A stretch of 64,000 nt of DNA from IMG/VR virus record IMGVR_UViG_3300045993_000918; one strand, given 5' to 3'. The notes under the pieces were generated by a model. The model was not told the origin of the DNA and did no database searches. It saw only the letters and a list, made by a program, of their open reading frames with translations. The translations under genes were made by a program, and so were the position numbers. This DNA is from a virus. Positions 43,637-51,673 of the stretch are shown piece after piece (positions within the stretch are counted from its first letter, which is position 1; each line of letters begins with the position of its first letter).

Positions 43637-43755
43637 GGCTCACCCTCCTCGTCCAGCAGCGCCAGCAGCGCCACGACCCCGGAGTCGTCGAGCCTGTACT
43701 CGACCATCACCGGGTGCCCCTCGTCGTTAACGTAGTGGATCGAGATCCTGCGCAT
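43630..43755 (-). CDS. small protein (41 aa)
   Basis: Hand-found; TGATG overlap with exonuclease stop; MRRISIHYVNDEGHPVMVEY... Confidence 0.4.
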   Translation of the reverse strand: MRRISIHYVNDEGHPVMVEYRLDDSGVVALLALLDEEGEPC

Positions 43756-44726
43756 CACGACGCGGCCTCCTTCACCGCAGCGAGTCCGGCGTCGGCCGCC
43801 TCCTTCTCGGCAGCGCGGCGAGCCTCGTCCTCGCGGTGCGTGTCCGGCACCCAGCCGAACCCGGACACCGCGTCGGCCATCGAGCGCCCGGACCGGCGAG
43901 CGTGGAGGTGCGCCTCCTTCGCGTCACACTTCCACTTGCACTCGGACGGGTTCGGCGAGCTGTAGGGCTCCTCCGGGCGGCGTTGCGTCGTGAGCATCGC
44001 GCGGGCGACCTTCCCGGCGTCGACCCACAGCGCGCGGAGCTCCTCCTCTCCGCGGAACACCAGCGTCCGGCCGGAGCGTTCCTCCAGCGTCATCTTCCGC
44101 ACCAGCTTGTCGCTCCGGAGCCGACCGTAGACCGCACCGAAGACGTCGATCCCCTCACGCTGCATCGCGGCGATGTAGATCCCGAGCTGGTCGTCGATGT
44201 CCAGCTCGCGGTCGTACGCCGCGCCGGAGGCGTCGCGCCCCTTCGCAGTCTTCCAGTCGATGATCCAGATCCGACCCTGCAGGTCGCTCACCAGCAGGTC
44301 GGCGCGGTACTGCATCCGGACGTGCTCGCCCGCGGAGCGGGTCAGGAACGCGTCACCCTTGACCTCGACGCCGAGGATCTCCCTCCACTCCGGATCGACC
44401 CTATAGCGCTCGACGTAGCCCTCGTACATCCAGGCCACGTTCGCGATCGTCTCCGCGTCGAGTCCGGCCTGGCCCTCGAACCCGTCGGCCCAGTCCTGGA
44501 GCACCGCGTCGACCGCGGCGCCCGCCTCGATGAGGTTCCGCGGGCGACCCTCCCCGTCGTTGCGCTGCAGCGAGCGGAAGTGCGCCTCCATCACGGCGTG
44601 CAGGCACGAGCCCTGCGAGAGCGCGTGGGCCTGCTCCGGCGGCCGGAGCCGCAGCGTGTAGTGGACGTAGTGCTTGAGCGGGCACTGGCGGTACGTGTCG
44701 AGCTCGCTGTAGCTCGTCTTGATCAT
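43755..44726 (-). CDS. PD-(D/E)XK exonuclease, Cas4/RecB-like
   Basis: N-terminal SYSELDTYRQCPLKHY, IWIIDWKTAKG, C-terminal Cys residues CKWKC. Confidence 0.75.
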   Translation of the reverse strand: MIKTSYSELDTYRQCPLKHYVHYTLRLRPPEQAHALSQGSCLHAVMEAHFRSLQRNDGEGRPRNLIEAGAAVDAVLQDWADGFEGQAGLDAETIANVAWMYEGYVERYRVDPEWREILGVEVKGDAFLTRSAGEHVRMQYRADLLVSDLQGRIWIIDWKTAKGRDASGAAYDRELDIDDQLGIYIAAMQREGIDVFGAVYGRLRSDKLVRKMTLEERSGRTLVFRGEEELRALWVDAGKVARAMLTTQRRPEEPYSSPNPSECKWKCDAKEAHLHARRSGRSMADAVSGFGWVPDTHREDEARRAAEKEAADAGLAAVKEAAS

Positions 44727-45043
44727 GACTCATCCTCTCCTGGTTCCTGGCTGGCCGGGATGATCGTCGCGATCAGCTCGGCGATCGATCGTACCGCGGC
44801 TGCCCGGATCTCGAGCACCGTCCGTTCGCGCAGCTCCGGCTCGAGCGCCTCGAGTGCCAGCACGATCGGGTCACCGTCGACCGGGACCCCGGTCCACGTC
44901 TCGCTCCAGCCCCGGCCGTCCAGCGCCCGGAGCAGCGAGATCTTCGCCAGCGACGTCCCGTCGTACGGGCTGGGCGCGTCCAGCGTGGCGAGCACGGCGG
45001 CCCCGATCAGCGGCCGAGCGGTGATCGACACGAGGCCCGTCAC
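44723..45043 (-). CDS. hypothetical protein (106 aa)
   Basis: GTG 45043 (GTGA overlap); tail of track ORF 44723..45163. Confidence 0.5.
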   Translation of the reverse strand: MTGLVSITARPLIGAAVLATLDAPSPYDGTSLAKISLLRALDGRGWSETWTGVPVDGDPIVLALEALEPELRERTVLEIRAAAVRSIAELIATIIPASQEPGEDES

Positions 45044-45300
45044 TGTCCGCCCCTGTCCGGTCCGCGGGTCTCTCCGTACCCGACGTCCTCCTTGTCCAGG
45101 AAGATCGTGGTGAAGCGCCGACCCCGCTCTGGGCTGGCCGGGTACAGCGCCCTGAACCCCCAACCGTCCGGGACGGTCAGGATCAGCGTCTCGCCGTCGT
45201 CGACCAGCTTCAACTCAGCTCGGCCGCGCTCGAGCGAGAGCGCGATCACTGCCCTCGGCTCGGGCTCGGCCTCGACGATGGCCGTCCTGTCCTCGCTCAT
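45040..45300 (-). CDS. hypothetical protein (86 aa)
   Basis: Track ORF. Confidence 0.6.
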   Translation of the reverse strand: MSEDRTAIVEAEPEPRAVIALSLERGRAELKLVDDGETLILTVPDGWGFRALYPASPERGRRFTTIFLDKEDVGYGETRGPDRGGQ

Positions 45301-45851
45301 CTCTGTCCTCTCGTGTTGCGCCGGAGCGGTACGCCCAGCGTGCGTCTTAGCTGGCTCAGTGCGTTCAGTAGGGAGCGGTGGTCGCTGGCCGTGACGGGCA
45401 GCGTCACCAGCCGGTCGCCGTTCGAGTTCGAGACGGCTAGGTGCTTCCCGCCCTGCTCAACCTCGAACCCGTCGGCTCGTAGCATCGTGATGAGCTCCTC
45501 CCAGCTCGTCGGGTTCAGGTTCCCCGCCCCACCTCGCCCCCGGGCGACCCCGGTCGTGTTCTTCGCGACCTCGGCCTTCCTCGCGGCCGTCTCCGCCCGG
45601 GCCTCGTCCATCTGGTCCGGCGTGCGCACCCGGAACCCGACGACGATGTCCAGCGTGGACAGCACCGCGGTGACGTGGCCGTCGTGGACCTGCAGCCCGC
45701 CGAACGGGTGGTCGTGCGGGGTCGAGTGGTACGAGCCGCGTCTGCTCCGGTGTCGGAGCGCGAGCGCCGCTACCTCGTCGGCGATCCCGTCGCGGATCGC
45801 TCGGTCTAGTACGGACGGCGCCCACGGGACGCCTCCGTGCCAGGCGCTCAT
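45297..45851 (-). CDS. protein with C-terminal HicA-like domain
   Basis: C-terminal SWEELITMLRADGFEVEQGGKHLAVSNSNGDRLVTLPV...SLLNALSQLRR resembles the HicA/YcfA pattern (GF..., G-x-H, tvP). Confidence 0.5.
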   Translation of the reverse strand: MSAWHGGVPWAPSVLDRAIRDGIADEVAALALRHRSRRGSYHSTPHDHPFGGLQVHDGHVTAVLSTLDIVVGFRVRTPDQMDEARAETAARKAEVAKNTTGVARGRGGAGNLNPTSWEELITMLRADGFEVEQGGKHLAVSNSNGDRLVTLPVTASDHRSLLNALSQLRRTLGVPLRRNTRGQR

Positions 45852-46117
45852 CGCCCTCCCCTCCCCGCCCGCCCCGGACGGAAGATACCCACGACGACCC
45901 GTTCGTTGGTCGCGGAGACGTACTCCCAGTCGTAGCGCCGTCCGTCGACGGCGCCCGCGTCAGCGACGCACCAACCGCCGGAGTCGCGACGCCAGCCGTC
46001 GAGCCACTGGCCGTTCCCGCCGGAGCGGGTCACGACCACGGAGCCGTACTCCGGCTCATCCTCGAAGTCCAGCCCGAACGCGCTGACCTGCGCGAGCGGG
46101 AGCGGCTTGTCAGCCAT
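45848..46117 (-). CDS. hypothetical protein (89 aa)
   Basis: Tail of track ORF 45848..46237, start ATG 46117. Confidence 0.55.
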   Translation of the reverse strand: MADKPLPLAQVSAFGLDFEDEPEYGSVVVTRSGGNGQWLDGWRRDSGGWCVADAGAVDGRRYDWEYVSATNERVVVGIFRPGRAGRGGR

Positions 46118-46247
46118 GAGTCCACCCCCACAGCGCGAGCACAGCCATGAGCACCAGTAGCGCGAGCAGTGCAGCGCCGATGGTCGGGCCAGGCAGCTCC
46201 ACCATCTCGCGGTCCGGGTTCGGCTTCGGCGCTCCATAACCTCTCAT
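46110..46247 (-). CDS. small membrane protein (45 aa)
   Basis: Hand-found; ATGA/ATGGCTGA overlaps; GPTIGAALLALLVLMAVLALWGW. Confidence 0.45.
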   Translation of the reverse strand: MRGYGAPKPNPDREMVELPGPTIGAALLALLVLMAVLALWGWTHG

Positions 46248-46372
46248 CGGATCCATCCTTCGATTGCGGCGGGCAGGGACAGGGCCAGCACCAGCCCGAC
46301 CAGCACCACGCTGGGTACGACCACCCAGCGTACCACCGACCGGAGCTGGCGGCCCCGGCGGGTCAGAGTCAC
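46244..46372 (-). CDS. small membrane protein (42 aa)
   Basis: Hand-found; GTGA overlap; VVVPSVVLVGLVLALSLPAAI. Confidence 0.45.
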   Translation of the reverse strand: MTLTRRGRQLRSVVRWVVVPSVVLVGLVLALSLPAAIEGWIR

Positions 46373-46854
46373 ATCGGCTCCCACTCGGAGACGATCCAGA
46401 CCTCGGACGCCTGGGTCAGCCACTTCTCGACCAGCGTGTCGAAGGTGACCGGTACTCCGGCCTGGCGCGGGCCCGACACGAACCAGCGGTCGGTGATCTT
46501 GATCGCCGTGTAGGTGAACACCGTCGGCGCCCCGGAGAACCGGACCTTGAACAGCAGCACGGTCTCGTCCGGGTAGTCCTCGTCAGTGCCGAACTGCGAC
46601 ACGGCCTCGGCCCTGGCGTACAGGCGCTCGAGCCTGCGCTCGGCCCTCTCGATCTCGCTCTGAACGTGCGTCATCGCCTTGCTCCTCTCACCGGTTCTGA
46701 TCTCGATTCCCGGGTGGATGAATCCACCGCAGCTGCAGCCCCTTCGGCTACAGCGGATGTCCGGCACGAACGCCGGTACGTGGTCACTGATGTCAGCGGC
46801 CCAGTCCAGAGCTTCGCTCTGGTCCTCGTAGTAGCGGGCCATCTCGCCGATCAT
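46369..46854 (-). CDS. hypothetical protein (161 aa; strong internal SD before Met at 46680)
   Basis: Tail of track ORF 46369..47004. ATG 46854. In-frame GGTGAGAGGAGCAAGGCG-ATG inside the gene. Confidence 0.55.
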   Translation of the reverse strand: MIGEMARYYEDQSEALDWAADISDHVPAFVPDIRCSRRGCSCGGFIHPGIEIRTGERSKAMTHVQSEIERAERRLERLYARAEAVSQFGTDEDYPDETVLLFKVRFSGAPTVFTYTAIKITDRWFVSGPRQAGVPVTFDTLVEKWLTQASEVWIVSEWEPM

Positions 46855-46858
46855 GACC

Positions 46859-47236
46859 TCACCCCTCCACGTCGTCAAAGCGCGAGTCCCAGGCAGCGTC
46901 CGGGTCCGGACCGTGCTCGTCGCGCTCGTCCTCCTCGTACTCGTGCCCACAGACCGGGCAGCCCCAGTGCAGCGCGCCGCTAGACGCCCAGGCGTAGACC
47001 TCACCGTCGATGAATGGGCACCGCTCAGCGGTCAGGGTCACGGCCGCAGCCGCGAGCTCTGCCGCCGTCGTGGCGCGCGGGTTGCGCTGCACCCCGACCA
47101 GCATGCGCTGCGCCTCGACACCGAGGATCGCGATCTCGACGTCGACCTGGTCGCAGCTCCGCTCGATCTCGCCCTCCCAGGACGGCCCGGCGATCGCTCT
47201 CTCGCGGCCGGTCACGCCCGGCGGGTAGTTGCTCAT
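46859..47236 (-). CDS. hypothetical protein (125 aa)
   Basis: Track ORF; CPFIDG...CPVCGHEYEEDE. Confidence 0.6.
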   Translation of the reverse strand: MSNYPPGVTGRERAIAGPSWEGEIERSCDQVDVEIAILGVEAQRMLVGVQRNPRATTAAELAAAAVTLTAERCPFIDGEVYAWASSGALHWGCPVCGHEYEEDERDEHGPDPDAAWDSRFDDVEG

Positions 47237-47448
47237 CGCCGATCACCCTCCTTCAACAGCGCCTTGTTGGGCGCGTCGGGCAGGCACTCCGGGCTGCAGG
47301 CGAAGAACTCGGCCTGCAGGCCACAGGACGCGTCCCTCACCATCCCGGTCCAGCCGTACTCCAACACCTCGCCCTTTGGGATGAAGTACGTCTTCCCGCA
47401 GCTGTCGCAGGTGAACTCGGTCACCGAGATCGTCCGCTTGCTCATCAC
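47233..47448 (-). CDS. zinc-ribbon protein (71 aa)
   Basis: Track ORF; CDSCGKTYF...CSPEC. Confidence 0.6.
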   Translation of the reverse strand: MMSKRTISVTEFTCDSCGKTYFIPKGEVLEYGWTGMVRDASCGLQAEFFACSPECLPDAPNKALLKEGDRR

Positions 47449-47900
47449 CGATCACCCTTTCGCCACGCCGTGTTGATCCGGGCCCGCACCACGGCCTGCA
47501 GTGCGTCGATCTCCGGGAAGCTGCGGCAGTTGGCCGCGATCGCCTCGAGCTCACGCAGCGCGTGGTCCAGCTCGCCCGGCTTGGCCATTCGCTTCTCGGC
47601 GTCATTCTTTCGCTTCTCGAGCCTGTCGGCCTGGTCGCGCGCCTGCAGGATCAGGACCTCGTCGCCGTCCAGGTCGAGCTCGTTCAGGGACTCGGGCGGG
47701 TAGGCGCGTGCGCCACCGCTCTCGCCCCGGAGCACCCGCACCTGGTAGGCGCCCCCGACCACCCGCCCGGCCAGCTTCGGCCACAGTCCCTCGGACCCGC
47801 TCGGGTCGCGCCAGCAGTGCACCAACCGGCCGTCACGAGCCAGCCGCTGACCCAGGTAGACCCAGCGCTCGGTCGTCGGCTCGACCTTCAGCTCACTCAT
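47445..47900 (-). CDS. hypothetical protein (151 aa)
   Basis: Track ORF. Confidence 0.6.
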   Translation of the reverse strand: MSELKVEPTTERWVYLGQRLARDGRLVHCWRDPSGSEGLWPKLAGRVVGGAYQVRVLRGESGGARAYPPESLNELDLDGDEVLILQARDQADRLEKRKNDAEKRMAKPGELDHALRELEAIAANCRSFPEIDALQAVVRARINTAWRKGDR

Positions 47901-48270
47901 CCGAGCTCGCCTCCTCGCTGAACGAGTCGGCCAGCACCGTGAAGGTGACTTGGTTGTCCACGAACCGGCGCAGGCACAGCGCGCACAGCGTGCCGCCGAA
48001 CGCAGACTGGCGGCGGGGCGAGACCGAGATCTCCCGACCGACTGCGGTCCGGATCACCTCGGGCAGGTGCACGGTGCAGCACGACCGGCTGGCACGTCGC
48101 GTCTCCGGCTCGTCCGGCAAGACCTCGAGCGGCAGGGCCGCGCTCTTGATCGTCACGCTGGTGTTCGGGCGGTAGACGCCCTGCACCTGCCAGCGCGCCT
48201 GGTCGGACTCCGCCAGCTCGATGCTGTCGTAGATGTACTCCATCAGGCGGAGCACTCGAATCTTGCTCAT
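47893..48270 (-). CDS. hypothetical protein (125 aa)
   Basis: Track ORF; leader CTGAGAGGAGCAAGCTG. Confidence 0.6.
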   Translation of the reverse strand: MSKIRVLRLMEYIYDSIELAESDQARWQVQGVYRPNTSVTIKSAALPLEVLPDEPETRRASRSCCTVHLPEVIRTAVGREISVSPRRQSAFGGTLCALCLRRFVDNQVTFTVLADSFSEEASSDE

Positions 48271-48295
48271 CAGCTTGCTCCTCTCAGTGACTCGC

Positions 48296-48301
48296 AGTAT
48301 A
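48296..48301 (-). promoter_or_regulatory. -10 TATACT, palindromic with plus-strand TATACC
   Basis: In the divergent gap between 48270 (-) and 48343 (+). Confidence 0.3.
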
Positions 48302-48342
48302 CCGGGTGGGGTCGGGGTTCCATCTCAGGGGTCGCACCGGGT

Positions 48343-48801
48343 ATGCTTGGACCCGTGACTCTCTCCCTCCGTGACTGGCTGCTGGTCGACCTCGACGACG
48401 ACGTCGAAGAGTTGATCCGAGAAGTCGACGCCTCGGAGGACCGAGATCGGCGGCAGACCCGCCTGCTGGTGGCCATCCTGGCCGGACAACGACGATTGGA
48501 ACAGAAGATGACCGAGCTCAGCCAGGCAGTGGCCGACCTGCAGACCGCCGTGCAGGGGGTCGCCGACCGTGTCGGCCCGACCGTGCAGGACCTCAAGGAT
48601 CAGCTCGCCGCGGCTGCCGCGACCGCTGCCGAGATGGCCGCCGCGGACGCCACCGAGGACGCGAACTACGACCAGACCATCGCGGACCTGCAGGCCCAGC
48701 TCGCAGGTCAGCTGGCAGCTGCGACGGACGCCGCGACCACGATCGAGGCCAACGTCGGGCAGCTCAACGCGATCGCCGCGCCGGAGGCCCCTCCGGTCTG
48801 A
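48343..48801 (+). CDS. Ala/Gln-rich coiled-coil protein (152 aa), only plus-strand gene
   Basis: C-terminal part of track ORF 47950..48801. High GC3 from ATG 48343 (GTG 48356 is an alternative). ADLQ heptad-like repeats. Confidence 0.55.
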   Translation: MLGPVTLSLRDWLLVDLDDDVEELIREVDASEDRDRRQTRLLVAILAGQRRLEQKMTELSQAVADLQTAVQGVADRVGPTVQDLKDQLAAAAATAAEMAAADATEDANYDQTIADLQAQLAGQLAAATDAATTIEANVGQLNAIAAPEAPPV

Positions 48802-48812
48802 CCGACAGCTGC

Positions 48813-49199
48813 TCACGACGGCCGGGCCTCCAACGCCACGCGGAGCGCTCGGCCGTCGTGCGTGTAGTCCTGAATCTCGGGGTCGAGCTCGAGTCCGTGC
48901 GCGCGGGCCGCGGCGACCAGCCGGGTGGCGACGCCCTGACGTCGGGCGTTCGGCCGCACGATCAGCGAGACGGTACCGGGGCGGTCCCACCAGGGTGCGG
49001 GTGAGCCGACCGGGAAGTGCATCAGCGCGCCGCGCAGGAACCCGTTCTCGTCGTAGTCCAGGAAGGCGTCGATCGGGACGTCGAACCCGACCTCGGCCGC
49101 CGGGTCGTAGTAGCGCACCGAGTTCGGCTCCCCGACCATCGGGTAGCCCTCCTGGACGAAGTAGCTCCAGCGGTAGATCCGGGGCAGCTCAGCCATCAC
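48813..49199 (-). CDS. GNAT-family acetyltransferase
   Basis: 128 aa; VRPNARRQGVATRLVAAA acetyl-CoA loop pattern. Confidence 0.55.
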   Translation of the reverse strand: MMAELPRIYRWSYFVQEGYPMVGEPNSVRYYDPAAEVGFDVPIDAFLDYDENGFLRGALMHFPVGSPAPWWDRPGTVSLIVRPNARRQGVATRLVAAARAHGLELDPEIQDYTHDGRALRVALEARPS

Positions 49200-49434
49200 C
49201 GCGCCTCGTTCCGGCGCAGGTCCTCACGTAGATCTCACGCTCGACGGTGACGCAGACCATCGCGTCCGCGCCGCTCAGCGTGACGGGCGCCCAGATCGTG
49301 AGCTCGACGTAGTCGAGCGAGCCGGAGCCCAGGTCGACCAGCCGGGCGCCCTCGACCAGCCGGTACTTCTCGGTCAGCCCGCGGATCAGCACCCAGTCGG
49401 CCGACTTGACCTCGTCGGCGCGGATCGCCCTCAC
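49189..49434 (-). CDS. hypothetical protein (81 aa)
   Basis: Only the last 81 codons of track ORF 49189..50064 look coding; GTGA overlap with upstream stop. Confidence 0.5.
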   Translation of the reverse strand: MRAIRADEVKSADWVLIRGLTEKYRLVEGARLVDLGSGSLDYVELTIWAPVTLSGADAMVCVTVEREIYVRTCAGTRRGDG

Positions 49435-50123
49435 GGGAGGTCCACCTCGAGCGCGGCCCGGGCTGCGTCGCGCAGCTGCTCCATGGCCTCGTCGTCGGGC
49501 TCGTCGTTGTCGTCGGCGTCGACGGTGCCCTCGCCGTCGCAGGCGCTGCAGTCGATCTTGCCGGTGCCGGAGCAGGCGTCGCAGTCGAGCGTCTCGCCCT
49601 CGTTCTCGGGGTCTTCGAGCTGGCCCTCGCCGGAGCAGGTCTCGCACTCGATCTCGGTCTCGCCCTCGCAGTCCACGCACTGCTTCTTGAGCTCGACGTC
49701 GCTGAGGTCGATGCTCTCGATCTCGTCGGCCGCGGACTCCAGCGTGTCGGCGCGCTCGATCGAGTCCGGGCTCCACTCGGTGCCGTTGTCGTCGGTGCCC
49801 GCCTCGCGGTACTCCTCGCCGACCTCGCGCACGGCGCCCGCGTACTCTTCCAGCGCGGACTCGATGTCGGACTTGCAGCCCGCGCTCGAGAGCGCGTCCT
49901 CGAAGCTCTCCTGCGCGTCCCAGACGGTGGCCATCTTGCTGCCGTCGAGCTCGCTGTTCCGCGGGGTGCACTCGGGCTTCATGCACCGGATGCTGCGGTA
50001 CCGGGTGCGGAACCCGACCTTGTACCAGCGGTACGTGCTGCCCTTCGGCAGCTCCTCGCGGCACTTGCCGCAGGTGTAGGGCTTCAGGCTCTTCGTCACC
50101 GTGGTGACGCGGGCGATGCTCAT
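49431..50123 (-). CDS. protein with DnaJ-type CxxCxGxG zinc-finger repeats
   Basis: ATG 50123 behind leader. CVDCEGE..CETCSGEG..CDACSGTG..CSACDGEG. Acidic linker. Confidence 0.65.
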   Translation of the reverse strand: MSIARVTTVTKSLKPYTCGKCREELPKGSTYRWYKVGFRTRYRSIRCMKPECTPRNSELDGSKMATVWDAQESFEDALSSAGCKSDIESALEEYAGAVREVGEEYREAGTDDNGTEWSPDSIERADTLESAADEIESIDLSDVELKKQCVDCEGETEIECETCSGEGQLEDPENEGETLDCDACSGTGKIDCSACDGEGTVDADDNDEPDDEAMEQLRDAARAALEVDLP

Positions 50124-50155
50124 GGTGCTTCCTCTCAGGTGGGGTCCGGACGGCG

Positions 50156-50185
50156 ATTTTACCACACGGCTTGCCTAGCAGGCCA
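50156..50185 (-). promoter_or_regulatory. promoter: -35 TGGCCT, 18 nt, TGG-TAAAAT
   Basis: GGCTGGCCTGCTAGGCAAGCCGTGTGGTAAAAT; near-identical to 27819..27848. Confidence 0.55.
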
Positions 50186-50196
50186 GCCGGGGGTGC

Positions 50197-50544
50197 TCAA
50201 GCCGATCGGCGGGCCGCTCGCTTCGCCCTCCGGCGAGCTCGGGTCTCGGCCGCGGTGACCTTCGACTGCTCGTTGACCGAGCGGAACTGCGCCAGGATCG
50301 ACGGGGGCCGGTCCGGGCTGGGCGCGGTCAAGTCGATCACGACCACGCTCGGCCTGGACCACGTCGCGCCGATCAGCCACGGGATGATCCACAGCCCGCA
50401 GGTCACGATGGTCATGACGATGTTCCCGAGCACGTGGTTCTCGACTGGCTTGACCAGTACGACCTCAGTCTCGCTGCAGGCCTGGATCGAGTAGCCGTCC
50501 TCGAGCAGCTCCTGTATGTCGTAGCGCTGCAGGCTGTTGCTCAT
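50197..50544 (-). CDS. membrane protein (115 aa)
   Basis: Track ORF; GNIVMTIVTCGLWIIPWLIGATW helix; basic tail. Confidence 0.6.
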   Translation of the reverse strand: MSNSLQRYDIQELLEDGYSIQACSETEVVLVKPVENHVLGNIVMTIVTCGLWIIPWLIGATWSRPSVVVIDLTAPSPDRPPSILAQFRSVNEQSKVTAAETRARRRAKRAARRSA

Positions 50545-50564
50545 TCGTGCTTCCTCTCAAGTGG

Positions 50565-50585
50565 CCCTTCGTGGGGCACGAAGGG
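50565..50585 (-). promoter_or_regulatory. 9-bp stem, 3-nt loop hairpin abutting an SD
   Basis: cccttcgtg ggg cacgaaggg, immediately upstream of TTGAGAGGAAGC-ATG 50544. A second hairpin lies at 50612..50628. Confidence 0.4.
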
Positions 50586-50639
50586 GTCTTTCGCTGTCTG
50601 GGACGGTGGCCCGGCCCCGGAAGGGCCGAGCGGGTGCCG

Positions 50640-51599
50640 TCAGAGCCTTCCGCTGCAGACCGGGCCGATCCCGGCCTCGATCGAGCGCTCGTCGGTGAGC
50701 GTGCGCCCGCAGACGCAGCACGTGCCGTAGAGCGCGCCGAACGCCTTGGCGGCCTCGAGGCTCATCCGGTCGGCCGCGGTCAGCTTGCGGATCGCACCGG
50801 CCTCGTACTCGAAGCTGGCCTTCTCGCCGAACTCGCCGGGGACCAGGCGCTTCGCGTAGAGGTGGCCGGAGCCGTGGACCGCGAGCTGGACCTTGTAGAT
50901 CGCGCCGTCGGCGAGCTGGTACATCCCGGCCTCGATCGCGGAGTTGGCGGTCGTGACCGTCGCCCGCGGGAGGCCGAACAGCACGTCGATGAGCTTCGAC
51001 GCGACGTGCTTCGGGAGCTGGCTGGCCTCGGCCACGCCCGCGAGGTCGCAGGCCGTCGCGATGGCCTCGGCTGCGCCCTGCTTCTCGTTTGTGAGCTTCG
51101 CGATCAGGGCGGCCTGCTTCTCCGAGAGCACGGGCGCGTTCGGGACGCGTGGGTTCTGCGGCAGCGTCAGCAGCCACTCGATGAGGTCGGAGGCGTAGCG
51201 CTTGTTGAGCTCGCCGCGGCGGAACGCCGCGAGGGCGGCCTGCTCGCCGCCGGTCTCGGGGATCACGCGCTCAGCGACGAGCCGCGCGACGAAGGAGAGC
51301 TGTGCGGCGGAGGGAGTGTGGACCTTGAAGACGCCGTACTGGTTCGAGGCCGCGGCACCGCCCACCGGGCGGTTCGAGGCCAGCTCGGGCCGGGGCGTCG
51401 CGTCAGAGCGGACGCGCCCGGCGAGCTCGTCGAGGACGGTCAGGCGGAAGTGCGAGACTGCGATCTGGTAGTCGTTGTCCGGCTCGGCGTCGGAGATGAC
51501 GTCGAGGCTGATCTCGCGGTAGAGCGCGCGGGTCCCGGCGTCCGCGGCGATGACGGCGGCGCGGATCTGGTCCTGCACCTGCGGGCTGATCGTGGTCAT
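50640..51599 (-). CDS. hypothetical protein with C-terminal CxxCGR...GIGPVC motif
   Basis: ATG 51599 behind leader CTGAGAGGAGCACCCACC. C-terminal GTCCVCGRTLTDERSIEAGIGPVCSG. Confidence 0.65.
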   Translation of the reverse strand: MTTISPQVQDQIRAAVIAADAGTRALYREISLDVISDAEPDNDYQIAVSHFRLTVLDELAGRVRSDATPRPELASNRPVGGAAASNQYGVFKVHTPSAAQLSFVARLVAERVIPETGGEQAALAAFRRGELNKRYASDLIEWLLTLPQNPRVPNAPVLSEKQAALIAKLTNEKQGAAEAIATACDLAGVAEASQLPKHVASKLIDVLFGLPRATVTTANSAIEAGMYQLADGAIYKVQLAVHGSGHLYAKRLVPGEFGEKASFEYEAGAIRKLTAADRMSLEAAKAFGALYGTCCVCGRTLTDERSIEAGIGPVCSGRL

Positions 51600-51643
51600 G
51601 GTGGGTGCTCCTCTCAGGGTGGGTATGGGACCCACCGAGACCA

Positions 51644-51673
51644 AGTAAACCACGTCTAGTGCCTCAAAGGCAA
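51644..51673 (-). promoter_or_regulatory. promoter: -35 TTGCCT, 18 nt, TGG-TTTACT
   Basis: CTTGCCTTTGAGGCACTAGACGTGGTTTACT; hairpin GGTGGGT...ACCCACC; CTGAGAGGAGCACCCACC-ATG. Confidence 0.5.

Noticed and set aside
49435-50064. Upstream 210 codons of track ORF 49189..50064
   Set aside because: The segment is Arg/Gly-rich and overlaps the DnaJ-type zinc-finger gene. Only the last 81 codons look coding.
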